Origin: Brumimicrobium sp.
Lineage (GTDB): Bacteria > Bacteroidota > Bacteroidia > Flavobacteriales_D > Crocinitomicaceae
NCBI GenBank assembly: GCA_035497735.1
Contig: DATJCX010000019.1
Span: 4,405-68,404 of the forward strand
Length of the DNA: 64,000 bases
Reading direction: 5' to 3'
Part shown: positions 36,083-45,674 of the stretch, one piece after another
How the letters are laid out: the number at the start of each line of letters is the position of its first letter
Numbering within the stretch: the first letter of the stretch is position 1
Notes under the pieces: model-generated
Databases searched by the model: none
What the model saw: the letters and a program-made list of their open reading frames with translations, nothing else
What the model was told of the DNA's origin: nothing
Translations under genes and position numbers: made by a program

Positions 36083-36556
36083 ATGAAGTTTTTTAGACGA
36101 AAGAAAAAGCAAACGCCTACCATTCCTGAAAGTTTTGTAGTGCCACCATTTGAATATCATCCTAAAATAATATTAGCTTGGGCTAAAGGAATTGAAGGGA
36201 ATCAAGACTTATTGAATTATTTATGGGAAAATGATTTCAAGGAATTGGTAATTGCTTCACATGCTATTCATTTAAAAGATGATGCTAGAAAATGGTTGAT
36301 GGAAAATGGATTTCCACATTTCATGGCTTTCATTAGAGCTGCTGAAGGAGACACCGTTGCTTTAAGTTGGTTGAAAGTTCACGGTTTTGACTTATTTTAC
36401 AATATGGCTCTTGCCATTGAAGGAAATAATGAAGGATTCAAATGGATCAATGTGAATAGTACGCAAGAGATATTCATGTTAACGCGAATAATTAAGGCTG
36501 TAAAAGATGAAATCGAGCACGACCATAACGAAACACATAAACGAAGCAGAAAATAA
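36083..36556 (+). CDS. Hypothetical cytoplasmic protein with ~27-aa internal helical repeats
   Basis: 157 aa. A recurring pattern can be seen: LLNYLWENDFKELV / ARKWLMENGFPHFM / ALSWLKVHGFDLFY / GFKWINVNSTQEIF. Confidence 0.45.
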   Translation: MKFFRRKKKQTPTIPESFVVPPFEYHPKIILAWAKGIEGNQDLLNYLWENDFKELVIASHAIHLKDDARKWLMENGFPHFMAFIRAAEGDTVALSWLKVHGFDLFYNMALAIEGNNEGFKWINVNSTQEIFMLTRIIKAVKDEIEHDHNETHKRSRK

Positions 36557-36618
36557 TTTCCAGTGATTAAAGTAAAAACTTTCACGTTTATATAACTTTA
36601 TAAAAAACAAAAAAACAG

Positions 36619-37182
36619 TTGGAGAAATTTGTAAATATTCATGATGCGGCAGAAGGTTTAAAAGCAGGGAAAACATTGCTCTACCCTACCGACACAGTTT
36701 GGGGCTTAGGTTGTGATGCAACCAACGAAGAAGCGATAAAAAAGATAGAAAAGATCAAACATAGATCAAAAGAGAAGTCTTTTATTCTTTTGGTTGACAG
36801 CATCGTCATGTTGGAACGTTATGTAAGAGACATACCTGATGTTTGCTTTGACTTGATAGAAGTAACAGACAAGCCATTGACTATTATTTACGACAATCCC
36901 ATGAATTTACCAGCTTCGCTACTTGCCACTGATGGAAGCATTGGAATTCGCGTTACTGAGGATTTGAACTGTATGAAATTGATTCAACGATTGAGGAAAC
37001 CATTGGTATCGACAAGTGCCAATATTTCGGGACAGAAAACCGCCACCAGTTTTGAAGATATTCATGAAGAAATCAAAAACGATGTTGACTTAATACTCAA
37101 TGATAGACTAAAGGAAATCATGAAAAATCCTTCAACTATCATCAAAGTAGCGTCAAATGGAAACGTAAAAGTTATCCGATAA
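36619..37182 (+). CDS. tsaC: L-threonylcarbamoyladenylate synthase (YrdC/TsaC type)
   Basis: LLYPTDTVWGLGCDA and STSANISG motifs. The start codon is TTG. Confidence 0.85.
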   Translation: MEKFVNIHDAAEGLKAGKTLLYPTDTVWGLGCDATNEEAIKKIEKIKHRSKEKSFILLVDSIVMLERYVRDIPDVCFDLIEVTDKPLTIIYDNPMNLPASLLATDGSIGIRVTEDLNCMKLIQRLRKPLVSTSANISGQKTATSFEDIHEEIKNDVDLILNDRLKEIMKNPSTIIKVASNGNVKVIR

Positions 37183-37272
37183 AAATTAAATTTAAAAACC
37201 AAGGAAGGAGAAACTGATTTCAATTTCAGTTAATCACATTCCAACTAACAAATTTTGATTAAATTTGCATTT

Positions 37273-38814
37273 ATGAAAAATAATGAGGACAAGTTAAAAA
37301 GTGTAATTTCCCATGCGAAAGAATATGGGTTTGTTTTTCCGTCATCAGAAATTTATGATGGATTATCTGCAACTTACGACTATGGTCAATTAGGCGCTGA
37401 GTTAAAAAACAATATTAAAAGATATTGGTGGACTGCAATGACGCAGATGCACGATGATATTGTAGGTATCGATGCAGCGATTTTCATGCACCCTACAACA
37501 TGGAAGGCATCCGGCCATACGGAGGCTTTTAACGATCCGATGATCGACAATAAAGATTCTAACAAAAGATATCGTGCTGACGTACTAGTAGAAGAGCACA
37601 TTGAAAAATACCGTGAAAAAATTGCGAAAGAAGTTGCAAAAGCTAAAAAACGTTTCGGTGAAGCGTTTGACGAAGTGCAATTTTTAGCAACCAACCCTAA
37701 CGTTCTAAGAAATCAAGCAAAAGTTGATGAAATAGAAGCAAAATTAGAGAAGGTTTTTGAAAACGACGATTTGGTTGCTTTCAAAGCATTGATTGAAGAA
37801 TTAGATATCGTTTGTCCTGTTTCTGGAACAAAAAACTGGACAGATGTTCGTCAATTCAACCTGATGTTTAAAACAGAATTAGGTTCTGTTGCAGGAGATG
37901 CTTCGACGATTTACCTTCGTCCTGAAACGGCTCAAGGTATTTTCGTAAACTACCTAAACGTTCAGAAGTCAGGTAGAATGAAGATTCCTTTTGGAATTGC
38001 CCAAATCGGTAAAGCTTTCAGAAATGAAATCGTTGCAAGACAATTCATCTTCCGTATGCGTGAATTCGAACAAATGGAAATGCAATACTTTGTACGTCCA
38101 GGTGAAGAATTAAAATGGTATGAATACTGGAAAGAAAAACGTACAAAATGGCATAAAGCATTAGGTTTAGGTGAAGAATTATATCGTTTTCATGACCATA
38201 TCAATTTAGCACACTACGCAAATGCTGCAACGGATATCGAGTTTGACTTCCCAATGGGATTCAAAGAGCTTGAAGGAATTCACTCTAGAACAGATTACGA
38301 TTTAAAGCGCCATGAAGAATTCTCAGGAAAGAAATTACAATATTTCGACCCAGAATTAAATGAACACTATACACCATTTGTTGTAGAAACTTCAGTTGGA
38401 CTAGACCGTTTATTCTTAGCTATTTTAAGCGCATCTTATAAGAATGAAACTTTAGAAGATGGTTCAGAAAGAGTGGTATTAAAAATTCCTGCGGCACTTG
38501 CACCTTACAAAGTTGCCGTAATGCCATTAACGAAAAAAGACGGTTTACCAGAAAAAGCAAAAGAAATTATTGATGAATTAAAGTATGACTTCGCTTGTCA
38601 ATACGATGATAAAGACTCTATTGGAAGACGTTACCGTCGTCAAGACGCAATCGGAACTCCATTCCACGTTACTGTTGACCACCAAACATTGGAAGACAAC
38701 ATGGTAACGATTAGAGATAGAGATACAATGTTACAAGAAAGAGTCAACATTGCTGATTTACATGGTATTATCAACGAGAAAGTAAGTCTTAAAAAACTTT
38801 TACAAAAAGGATAA
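37273..38814 (+). CDS. glyQS: Glycine--tRNA ligase (alpha2 type)
   Basis: AKEYGFVFPSSEIYDGL..TYDYGQLG, RPETAQGIF and FRNEI..R.FIFRMREFEQMEMQYF motifs. The ATG at 37273 is preferred. Confidence 0.9.
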   Translation: MKNNEDKLKSVISHAKEYGFVFPSSEIYDGLSATYDYGQLGAELKNNIKRYWWTAMTQMHDDIVGIDAAIFMHPTTWKASGHTEAFNDPMIDNKDSNKRYRADVLVEEHIEKYREKIAKEVAKAKKRFGEAFDEVQFLATNPNVLRNQAKVDEIEAKLEKVFENDDLVAFKALIEELDIVCPVSGTKNWTDVRQFNLMFKTELGSVAGDASTIYLRPETAQGIFVNYLNVQKSGRMKIPFGIAQIGKAFRNEIVARQFIFRMREFEQMEMQYFVRPGEELKWYEYWKEKRTKWHKALGLGEELYRFHDHINLAHYANAATDIEFDFPMGFKELEGIHSRTDYDLKRHEEFSGKKLQYFDPELNEHYTPFVVETSVGLDRLFLAILSASYKNETLEDGSERVVLKIPAALAPYKVAVMPLTKKDGLPEKAKEIIDELKYDFACQYDDKDSIGRRYRRQDAIGTPFHVTVDHQTLEDNMVTIRDRDTMLQERVNIADLHGIINEKVSLKKLLQKG

Positions 38815-38839
38815 AATCTACCATCCTCTACTATAAATG

Positions 38840-38892
38840 ACGAAAATCAAATATTTAGGATAAATCCATCCTTTATTTGATTTTCGTTTTTT
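38840..38892 (+). terminator. Strong rho-independent terminator after glyQS
   Basis: Perfect 14-bp stem ACGAAAATCAAATA/TATTTGATTTTCGT followed by T5. Confidence 0.8.
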
Positions 38893-38899
38893 AACTTTG
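38892..38899 (+). promoter_or_regulatory. -7 promoter box TAACTTTG
   Basis: 17 nt upstream of the ATG at 38917. Confidence 0.45.
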
Positions 38900-38916
38900 T
38901 CTAAAATCTTTCAATC

Positions 38917-39615
38917 ATGGAAAAATTCCCCATTTCACTATACCCTTCTGTTACACCTAATCCGTACACGATAAAATTCATGTCGGATAGATATTTATTG
39001 CAACCTAAACAAGGTAGTGCAGATTTCAGAACAAAAGAAGAAGCAGATGGTTTTTCACCTTTAGCAAGCGCTGTTTTTGAGCAGTTTGACTATATAAAAG
39101 GTGTATATATTGAAAGAAACTTTATTTCAGTTACAAAAGACGAAGGTGCAATGCCATGGGAATACCTTATCCCAGAGGTTAGAGATTTCCTTCATAGTTA
39201 TATCGTTAACGGAAACCCTATCGTTAATCACATGCCTGAAGAAAGAGCATTTCCAAAGGTAAAAGACATGGAGTTCAGCCCCTCTCCTTTTGATGGGAAA
39301 ATTAGAGAACTCATGAAAACACATGTTGACGACCCCGTTCGTGAAGATGGTGGACAAATCGTTTACAGAGGCTTTAAAGATGGAATCGTTACGGTATTGT
39401 TAAAAGGTGCGTGTGTTGGTTGTCCAGCTCGAAACAAGACCTTAAAGCAAGGAATTGAAGACATTCTTATCAGATACATTCCTGAGGTAAAAGAAGTTGT
39501 TTCTGAAAATGATTTACTGGAAGAAGAGAACAACATTGCTACTTCAAGTGATGGCGGGAAATCTCCTTTTGACCAATTAGACTTTTCCGCATTCGATAGT
39601 TTACCAGAAATCTAG
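38917..39615 (+). CDS. NifU/Nfu-type Fe-S cluster scaffold protein (Nfu_N + NifU C-terminal domain)
   Basis: The N-terminal domain is TPNPYTIKF. The CxxC motif is GACVGCPARNKTLKQGIE. There is an extra acidic C-terminal tail. Confidence 0.8.
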   Translation: MEKFPISLYPSVTPNPYTIKFMSDRYLLQPKQGSADFRTKEEADGFSPLASAVFEQFDYIKGVYIERNFISVTKDEGAMPWEYLIPEVRDFLHSYIVNGNPIVNHMPEERAFPKVKDMEFSPSPFDGKIRELMKTHVDDPVREDGGQIVYRGFKDGIVTVLLKGACVGCPARNKTLKQGIEDILIRYIPEVKEVVSENDLLEEENNIATSSDGGKSPFDQLDFSAFDSLPEI

Positions 39616-39669
39616 TTAACTAGCATTCCAATAAAAAGAATAATCTGAATTCTCTAACAATTCAACACC

Positions 39670-40758
39670 TTATTTAGGTGCTAATCGATAGATAACAAGT
39701 CCGATTATAGCGAATATAAAGTTAGGAATCCACACAGCTATGATTGCTGGGAACCCCATGTTTTCAGCTGCTACAGAAGTCACCTTCATTGCGAAAATAT
39801 AGAAGAAAGCCAGGAATAATCCAATGGCAATATTCACCCCTATTCCACCTCTTGTTTTCCGAGAGGAAACAGCCATACCTATCAATGTTAGAACGTAAGT
39901 AGCAAAAGGGAAAGAAGTTCGTTGATACAATTCAATTTCGTAGAAAGCAATATCTCCCGTACCCTTTTCTTTTTCAGCTTTAATAAAGTTTTTCAGTTCT
40001 GAAAAGCCCATTGTTTGCGAAACAGTTTCTCTAAAGGCCATCTCACTTAGCTTAAAAGGAAAAATAGTGTCCAATTGACCGCCCATCACCTCTGGATAGT
40101 CCAATTCGTCGTGCGGATAACCGATATAGCGAATATGGTAGTCTATCAACTCCCAAACTTCTGTACTATCATAATTAATCGCTTGGTCTGCTTTAAGAAT
40201 AGAAATCAGATTGTTGTTTTTATCTCTATTTTCCATTACAAATCCTAAAGCTCGGCCTTTGTCTGCTCTATACGACTCAAAATAAACGATTTTATTCCCA
40301 GGATATTCCGCAAAGTAATTACTAACTGTTCTTACATTTCGATAGTAATCTTCTTCAAATTGCAGTCGAACCTTGTTTGATTCCGGTAAAACCACATGGT
40401 TAAAGACCAAGGAAATCAACATCAGAATAGTAGCACCTATCATATAAGGTCGGAGAATTCTCCTAAAAGGTCGTCCACTATTCAGCATGGGAATAATCTC
40501 TGTATTTTGCGCCATCTTGGCTGTAAACCAAATAACAGAAACAAAGACTATTAAGGGTGAGAAAAGATTTCCAAAATAGATTAGGAAATTCAAGTAATAA
40601 CTAAAAATAATGGCACTTATAGGCGCTGATCTTTCAATAAAATCACCTAAACGCTCAGATAAATCGAAAACCATAGCCAAAATCATGATTACCCCCAACA
40701 TGAAGAAGAAAGTAATCAAGTATTTTTTAATAATATATCGATCTAATATCTTTAGCAT
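39670..40758 (-). CDS. LptF/LptG-family LPS export permease
   Basis: MLKILDRYIIKKYL is the N-terminus typical of YjgP/YjgQ. The topology is 3+3 TM helices around a periplasmic domain. Confidence 0.8.
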   Translation of the reverse strand: MLKILDRYIIKKYLITFFFMLGVIMILAMVFDLSERLGDFIERSAPISAIIFSYYLNFLIYFGNLFSPLIVFVSVIWFTAKMAQNTEIIPMLNSGRPFRRILRPYMIGATILMLISLVFNHVVLPESNKVRLQFEEDYYRNVRTVSNYFAEYPGNKIVYFESYRADKGRALGFVMENRDKNNNLISILKADQAINYDSTEVWELIDYHIRYIGYPHDELDYPEVMGGQLDTIFPFKLSEMAFRETVSQTMGFSELKNFIKAEKEKGTGDIAFYEIELYQRTSFPFATYVLTLIGMAVSSRKTRGGIGVNIAIGLFLAFFYIFAMKVTSVAAENMGFPAIIAVWIPNFIFAIIGLVIYRLAPK

Positions 40759-40762
40759 TTAT

Positions 40763-41893
40763 CTATAGTTTTTGTCCTAGCTTTTTAACCATTATATTTT
40801 TCCATTCTGTAAAGCTACCATCAATAATTCTGACTCTTGCTTCTTTAATCAACGCTAAATAAAACGCTAAATTATGAATAGTTGCAATTTGAACGCCTAA
40901 AATTTCATTTGCTTTGAATAAATGACGCAAATAAGCCTTCGTGTAGAAACTATCTACAGAAGAAGTTCCATTCGGATCTATTGGAGAAAAATCCATTTCC
41001 CATTTCTTATTTTTAATATTGATTGTGCCCTCACTCGTAAATAACATTCCGTGGCGCGCATTACGCGTAGGCATCACACAGTCAAACATATCAATTCCCA
41101 ATGCGATACATTCCAGTAAGTTAATAGGCGTACCAACTCCCATTAAATACCTTGGCTTTTCTTCCGGCAGAATATCACAAACGATATCCGTCATTCCGTA
41201 CAGTTCATCATCCGGCTCTCCTACAGAAAGTCCACCGATGGCATTTCCTAAAGAATCCGTATCCGCGATGTATTTAGCAGATTCAGCTCTTAAATCTTTA
41301 AAAGTACTTCCTTGTACAATTGGGAACAATGCTTGCTCATGTCCGTATAGAGGCTTTGTTTCATCCATTTGTTTAAAACATCTATCCAACCAGCGATGCG
41401 TCATTTGCATAGAGCGTTTTGCATACTGATAAGTCGTTGGATAAGAAACGCACTCATCAAAAGCCATAATGATATCTGCACCAATAGAACGTTGAATATC
41501 AATTGCTTTTTCCGGCGTAAAGAAATGGAAAGAACCATCTAAGTGAGAGCGGAATTTTACTCCTTCCTCACGGATTTTCCTTGTATTTGATAAAGAATAT
41601 ACCTGAAATCCTCCACTATCAGTAAGTAAAGGTTTGTGGTAATTCATAAAATTATGTAAACCACCAGCTGCCTCCATAACTTCCATTCCTGGTCGTAAAT
41701 ATAGGTGATAGGTGTTTCCTAAAATGATTTGAGCGTTAATTTCATTCTCAATTTCATACTGATGTACTCCTTTTACTGTTGCCACTGTACCCACAGGCAT
41801 AAATATCGGTGTCTCAACAACACCGTGGTCTGTATGAAGTTCTCCAGCTCTCGCTTTTGAGTTTTTATCTGTCTGTAATAAACTAAAGTGCAT
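40763..41893 (-). CDS. tgt: Queuine tRNA-ribosyltransferase
   Basis: The start is set at MHFSLLQTDKNSKARAGELHTDHGVVETPIFMPVGT, giving 376 aa. DSGGFQ and the CxCxxC-type zinc region are present. The track ORF carries a 43-codon spurious extension. Confidence 0.9.
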   Translation of the reverse strand: MHFSLLQTDKNSKARAGELHTDHGVVETPIFMPVGTVATVKGVHQYEIENEINAQIILGNTYHLYLRPGMEVMEAAGGLHNFMNYHKPLLTDSGGFQVYSLSNTRKIREEGVKFRSHLDGSFHFFTPEKAIDIQRSIGADIIMAFDECVSYPTTYQYAKRSMQMTHRWLDRCFKQMDETKPLYGHEQALFPIVQGSTFKDLRAESAKYIADTDSLGNAIGGLSVGEPDDELYGMTDIVCDILPEEKPRYLMGVGTPINLLECIALGIDMFDCVMPTRNARHGMLFTSEGTINIKNKKWEMDFSPIDPNGTSSVDSFYTKAYLRHLFKANEILGVQIATIHNLAFYLALIKEARVRIIDGSFTEWKNIMVKKLGQKL

Positions 41894-41917
41894 AACTATG
41901 TTAAAAAAATTATCCAG

Positions 41918-41925
41918 CAAAGATA
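41918..41925 (-). promoter_or_regulatory. -7 promoter box TATCTTTG (minus strand)
   Basis: Plus-strand CAAAGATA, 24 nt upstream of the revised tgt ATG at 41893. Confidence 0.45.
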
Positions 41926-41972
41926 ATTCTAATTCGGAAGTATGCCATATTTGCACAAAACATATATTTAAA

Positions 41973-43106
41973 ATGGAGTTATTTCCTGATTTTTCAGACA
42001 TATTAGACAGTTCAATAAACATTCTCTTTTGGGGACTTGCTTTTGTTCAACTATTTTGGATGCTTTTTTTCTACGCTCGAATTTCATTTCACAAAGAGAA
42101 GAAAGTAGATTCGATCAATCCGCCTGTTAGCATCATTATCGTTGCCCGTAACGAAGAGGACAATTTATTTGAATATTTGCCTAGTATTTTAGAGCAAGAC
42201 TATCATGAATACGAAGTAATCGTTGTCAACCATCAATCGACAGACAATACAGAATACATTCTGAAAGCATTTAGAGAAAGTTCGCCTCACTTAAGAATCG
42301 TCAATTTAGAGCGCGACAGACACCTTACTTACGGAAAGAAGTTACCTTTAACAATTGGTATCAAAGGTGCGAAATACAACCATCTTTTATTGACAGATGC
42401 CGACTGTAAGCCTACTTCAGACCAGTGGTTGAAAAACATGGCTGGGAAGTTTACCGAGAAAAAAGAAATCGTCTTAGGTTATGGTCCACACAGAAAACTA
42501 CCTGGTTTCTTAAACCGCGTAATTCGTTTAGACACTTCATTTATAGCTTTAAATTATCTTTCATTTGCAAAAGCAGGTATTCCATATATGGGTGTTGGAA
42601 GAAATTTAGCTTATACGCAAGAATTATTCATGAATAACAGTGGTTTTAAATCACATTATTCAATTCAATCAGGTGACGATGACTTATTTATTCAGGAAGT
42701 TGCAAAAAATCGCAACTACACTATTTCTTTAGATCCATCGACATTCTGCTATTCGGATGCTAAAGAAACATGGGAAGATTGGTACACACAAAAATCTAGA
42801 CACTACACAACAACAAGTAGATATGGACTTTTCAAAAAGCTCTTGTTAGGAATATATCCACTGACATTGATTTTATTATATATAACTTTGGTTATTTTGT
42901 TGTTGAATAATTGGTTAAACTGGACTTCAATTGGTGTTATTTCACTTATTATTATTGTAAAATGGTTAACTTTAGGATTCGCAATGAAAAAATTAAAACA
43001 GAAATCATTTATAAGCGGTATTATATTTTGGGATTTATTTTATGCATTATTGACACCAATTGTATATTACACAACAGAGCAATCTAAAAACGCAACATGG
43101 AAATAG
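41973..43106 (+). CDS. Membrane-bound family-2 glycosyltransferase
   Basis: N-terminal TM helix, then VSIIIVARNEEDNL, the DxD motif TDADC, and a QKSRH motif in the place of QxxRW. The C-terminus has TM helices. The start is set at MELFPDF (41973), which avoids a 4-nt head-to-head clash with tgt. Confidence 0.7.
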   Translation: MELFPDFSDILDSSINILFWGLAFVQLFWMLFFYARISFHKEKKVDSINPPVSIIIVARNEEDNLFEYLPSILEQDYHEYEVIVVNHQSTDNTEYILKAFRESSPHLRIVNLERDRHLTYGKKLPLTIGIKGAKYNHLLLTDADCKPTSDQWLKNMAGKFTEKKEIVLGYGPHRKLPGFLNRVIRLDTSFIALNYLSFAKAGIPYMGVGRNLAYTQELFMNNSGFKSHYSIQSGDDDLFIQEVAKNRNYTISLDPSTFCYSDAKETWEDWYTQKSRHYTTTSRYGLFKKLLLGIYPLTLILLYITLVILLLNNWLNWTSIGVISLIIIVKWLTLGFAMKKLKQKSFISGIIFWDLFYALLTPIVYYTTEQSKNATWK

Positions 43107-43702
43107 GGAAACATCTTTCAGATAAAGGACAAAAAGATTTGGCTGTCGTTAATCGTGCTAAAGAAGGCGATCAAGCGGCTTTTACCGAACTATTAGAAAG
43201 ATACAGAGAACCTGTTTACTACATGTTGCTAAAAATGGTAAAAAACAATGACGATGCAGATGACTTAACAATGGAAGCTTTTGGGAAAGCATTCAACAGA
43301 ATTCATCAATATTCTCCAGACTATTCTTTTAGTACTTGGCTTTTTAAAATTGCGACCAACAACTGTATTGATTTCATTCGAAAGAAACGTGTGTATTTAA
43401 CTTCACTTGACCATAGCTATACCAACGAAGACGGTGTAGGTGTAAGTATAGAAGTTGACAGCGGCGAACTCGATCCAGAGGAAGTTTTCATGAGACAACA
43501 AAAGGTAAAAACAATGCAAAATGTGGTTGAAAAACTAAAGCCACATTATAGAGATTTAGTTGTAAAAAGGTACTTTGAAGAATTGAGTTACGATGAAATC
43601 GCAACGGAGTTAAACCTACCTTTAGGTACAGTTAAAGCGCAATTATTCAGAGCCAGAGATTTACTTGCGAATATTTTAAGGAATACAAAAGACACAATTT
43701 AA
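43097..43702 (+). CDS. Sigma-70 family (ECF-like) RNA polymerase sigma factor
   Basis: Region 2 (YREPVYYMLLKMV...DLTMEAF) and region 4 (LSYDEIATELNLPLGTVKAQLFRAR). It overlaps the glycosyltransferase stop by 10 nt. Confidence 0.85.
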   Translation: MEIGKHLSDKGQKDLAVVNRAKEGDQAAFTELLERYREPVYYMLLKMVKNNDDADDLTMEAFGKAFNRIHQYSPDYSFSTWLFKIATNNCIDFIRKKRVYLTSLDHSYTNEDGVGVSIEVDSGELDPEEVFMRQQKVKTMQNVVEKLKPHYRDLVVKRYFEELSYDEIATELNLPLGTVKAQLFRARDLLANILRNTKDTI

Positions 43703-43789
43703 CGAGCAAAAAAAATCATTCTATCATAGAATAAAAGGTGGATACTTTTCACAAGGACCTAACAAACAACGATAATTTAGAACTAAAAC

Positions 43790-44413
43790 ATGGAAATCAT
43801 CAAGAAATATTTTCCGAAGTTAACGGAAGACCAAATCAATAAATTTGAACAATTAAAACCGTTGTACGAAGAGTGGAATGAGAAAATCAATGTCATCAGT
43901 CGTAAAGACCTTGACAATTTCTATGAGCGCCACGTACTTCATTCTTTAGCCATTGCAAATATTATTCGTTTTCAACCTGGAACGACTATTTTAGACGTTG
44001 GTACTGGTGGTGGATTCCCTGGAATTCCATTGGCTATTATGTTTCCAGAATGTAAGTTTCACTTAGTTGATTCTATCGGGAAGAAAATAAAAGTCGTAGA
44101 AGGAGTTGTTGAAGCTTTGGGATTAACCAATGTAAAATACACGCATGACAGAGTTGAAAAAGTAAAAGAGAAGTACGACTTTATCGTTAGCCGTGCCGTT
44201 ACGCAAATGCCTGAGTTTATTACTTGGGTTAGAAACAAGATCAAGAAAGAGCAAAAGAATGGTTTACCAAATGGTATTCTTTATCTAAAAGGAGGAGATT
44301 TACGAAAGGAATTAAAGCCAATTCAGAATTTCCATGAGTCCTACCCTATTTCAGAATATTTCAAAGAAGAATTTTTTGAAACGAAGCAGGTAGTTTACGT
44401 TCAGCTTTATTAA
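43790..44413 (+). CDS. rsmG: 16S rRNA (guanine527-N7)-methyltransferase
   Basis: ILDVGTGGGFPGIPLAI SAM motif. 207 aa. Confidence 0.85.
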   Translation: MEIIKKYFPKLTEDQINKFEQLKPLYEEWNEKINVISRKDLDNFYERHVLHSLAIANIIRFQPGTTILDVGTGGGFPGIPLAIMFPECKFHLVDSIGKKIKVVEGVVEALGLTNVKYTHDRVEKVKEKYDFIVSRAVTQMPEFITWVRNKIKKEQKNGLPNGILYLKGGDLRKELKPIQNFHESYPISEYFKEEFFETKQVVYVQLY

Positions 44414-44431
44414 TATTAAATTTACAGAATG

Positions 44432-44465
44432 AAAAAAGGTCGAAGCAATGCTTCGACCTTTTTTA
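44432..44465. terminator. Bidirectional rho-independent terminator
   Basis: GGTCGAAGC-aat-GCTTCGACC stem flanked by A6 upstream and T6 downstream. It lies between convergent genes. Confidence 0.8.
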
Positions 44466-44493
44466 TAATCCTTTTCCAATTTTTCTCTGTTAC

Positions 44494-44934
44494 TTACAGA
44501 TCACTTGGGATATCCATTTTTTGTAATTGTTTTCTCTTCGGCTTTAGCTTATCGATAAAAACAACTCTCAATCTTTCTCTATCAGCGTTTACAATGATTT
44601 CAGAAATTCCATTTGAAACCGATGCTGGCTCACCTTTTAAGTTGTGAAATTTCTTGTCATACAACTCTTCTGTATTATCATCATAATAATAGAAAATTGA
44701 AGTAATGTAACCGTTTTCAACACGTACTTTTCCTCTCACGCAGTACACTTCATCACCTTCAAAAAATGAAATCATCACATTTCGATAGATGTTGTCAGAA
44801 ACTGTAAATGATCCGCGCTCCTTAAAAGCTTCTTCATACACTTGAAAACAGTTTAATTCTTTATCTTGGGCAAGAGTAGAGTTGATTCCTAATAAAAGGA
44901 CGGTTGCAAAGGTTAAAAGTAAAGTTTTTCTCAT
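44494..44934 (-). CDS. Secreted hypothetical protein
   Basis: Start set at MRKTLLLTFATVLLLGINSTLAQ, which gives a signal peptide. I do not recognise any family. Confidence 0.5.
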   Translation of the reverse strand: MRKTLLLTFATVLLLGINSTLAQDKELNCFQVYEEAFKERGSFTVSDNIYRNVMISFFEGDEVYCVRGKVRVENGYITSIFYYYDDNTEELYDKKFHNLKGEPASVSNGISEIIVNADRERLRVVFIDKLKPKRKQLQKMDIPSDL

Positions 44935-44967
44935 AGTTCTTTTTTTTAGCACAGTTTCATCTGACTT

Positions 44968-44975
44968 CAAAGATA
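44968..44975 (-). promoter_or_regulatory. -7 promoter box TATCTTTG (minus strand)
   Basis: Plus-strand CAAAGATA, 33 nt upstream of the ATG at 44934. Confidence 0.4.
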
Positions 44976-45016
44976 ATAAATTGAATGAATACAGATGGTT
45001 TTTCTGTTTTATTTTT

Positions 45017-45024
45017 TATTTTTG
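45017..45024 (+). promoter_or_regulatory. -7 promoter box TATTTTTG
   Basis: 18 nt upstream of the ATG at 45043. It lies inside the longer track ORF, which supports the shorter start. Confidence 0.45.
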
Positions 45025-45042
45025 GTATTTAATCAATTTTCA

Positions 45043-45609
45043 ATGGAGCAAATAACAGACCAATTTAACGAAGCACTAAAAGTACTATCAACTTTTAACA
45101 CACAAGAGAACATGCAAAAGATTGCAGATGCCGGTGAGTTATTAGTAAACAGCATTAAATTGGGTGGGAAAGCTATCAGTTGTGGAAATGGAGGTTCAAT
45201 GAGTGACGCAATGCACTTTGCGGAAGAATTGACAGGTAGATACAGAGATAATAGACCTTCTATTGCTGCATTATCTATTTCAGATCCAACACATATTTCT
45301 TGTGTGGCCAATGATTATGGTTATGAATATGTTTTCTCTAGATTCATTGAAGGTGTCGGTAGAGAAAATGATGTCTTATTGGCAATTTCTACAAGTGGAA
45401 ATTCTAAGAATGTTATCAATGCCATTAAAGCAGCCAGAGAGAAAGGAATGAAAGTCATTGGTTTAACAGGAAAAGATGGTGGTCAAATGGCCAATCTTTG
45501 CGATGTTGAAATCCGTGCTCCTCAATCTGAGTATGCAGATAGAGCTCAAGAAATTCACATCAAAGTTATTCATAACTTGATCGATTACGTAGAAAGAAAA
45601 ATATTCTAA
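45043..45609 (+). CDS. gmhA: D-sedoheptulose-7-phosphate isomerase (SIS domain)
   Basis: [24 protein letters not shown] and HIKVIH motifs. 188 aa counted from MEQITDQ. Confidence 0.8.
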   Translation: MEQITDQFNEALKVLSTFNTQENMQKIADAGELLVNSIKLGGKAISCGNGGSMSDAMHFAEELTGRYRDNRPSIAALSISDPTHISCVANDYGYEYVFSRFIEGVGRENDVLLAISTSGNSKNVINAIKAAREKGMKVIGLTGKDGGQMANLCDVEIRAPQSEYADRAQEIHIKVIHNLIDYVERKIF

Positions 45610-45623
45610 AGATATTATAAAGA

Positions 45624-45653
45624 AAAAGGCCATCTATTTCTAGACAGCCTTTT
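45624..45653. terminator. Imperfect bidirectional hairpin between convergent genes
   Basis: AAAAGGC...GCCTTTT outer stem with an inner TCTA/TAGA pairing. Confidence 0.35.
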
Positions 45654-45674
45654 CAACAAAAATTGATAAACTGA

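Noticed and set aside
41019-41429. 136-aa plus-strand ORF
   Set aside because: It is antisense within tgt.
41898-41972. N-terminal 25 codons of the glycosyltransferase ORF, and the 43-codon extension of tgt to 42022
   Set aside because: With both long versions the two divergent genes would overlap head-to-head and leave no promoter space. The shorter starts restore an 80-bp divergent region with a TATCTTTG box for tgt and give canonical N-termini.
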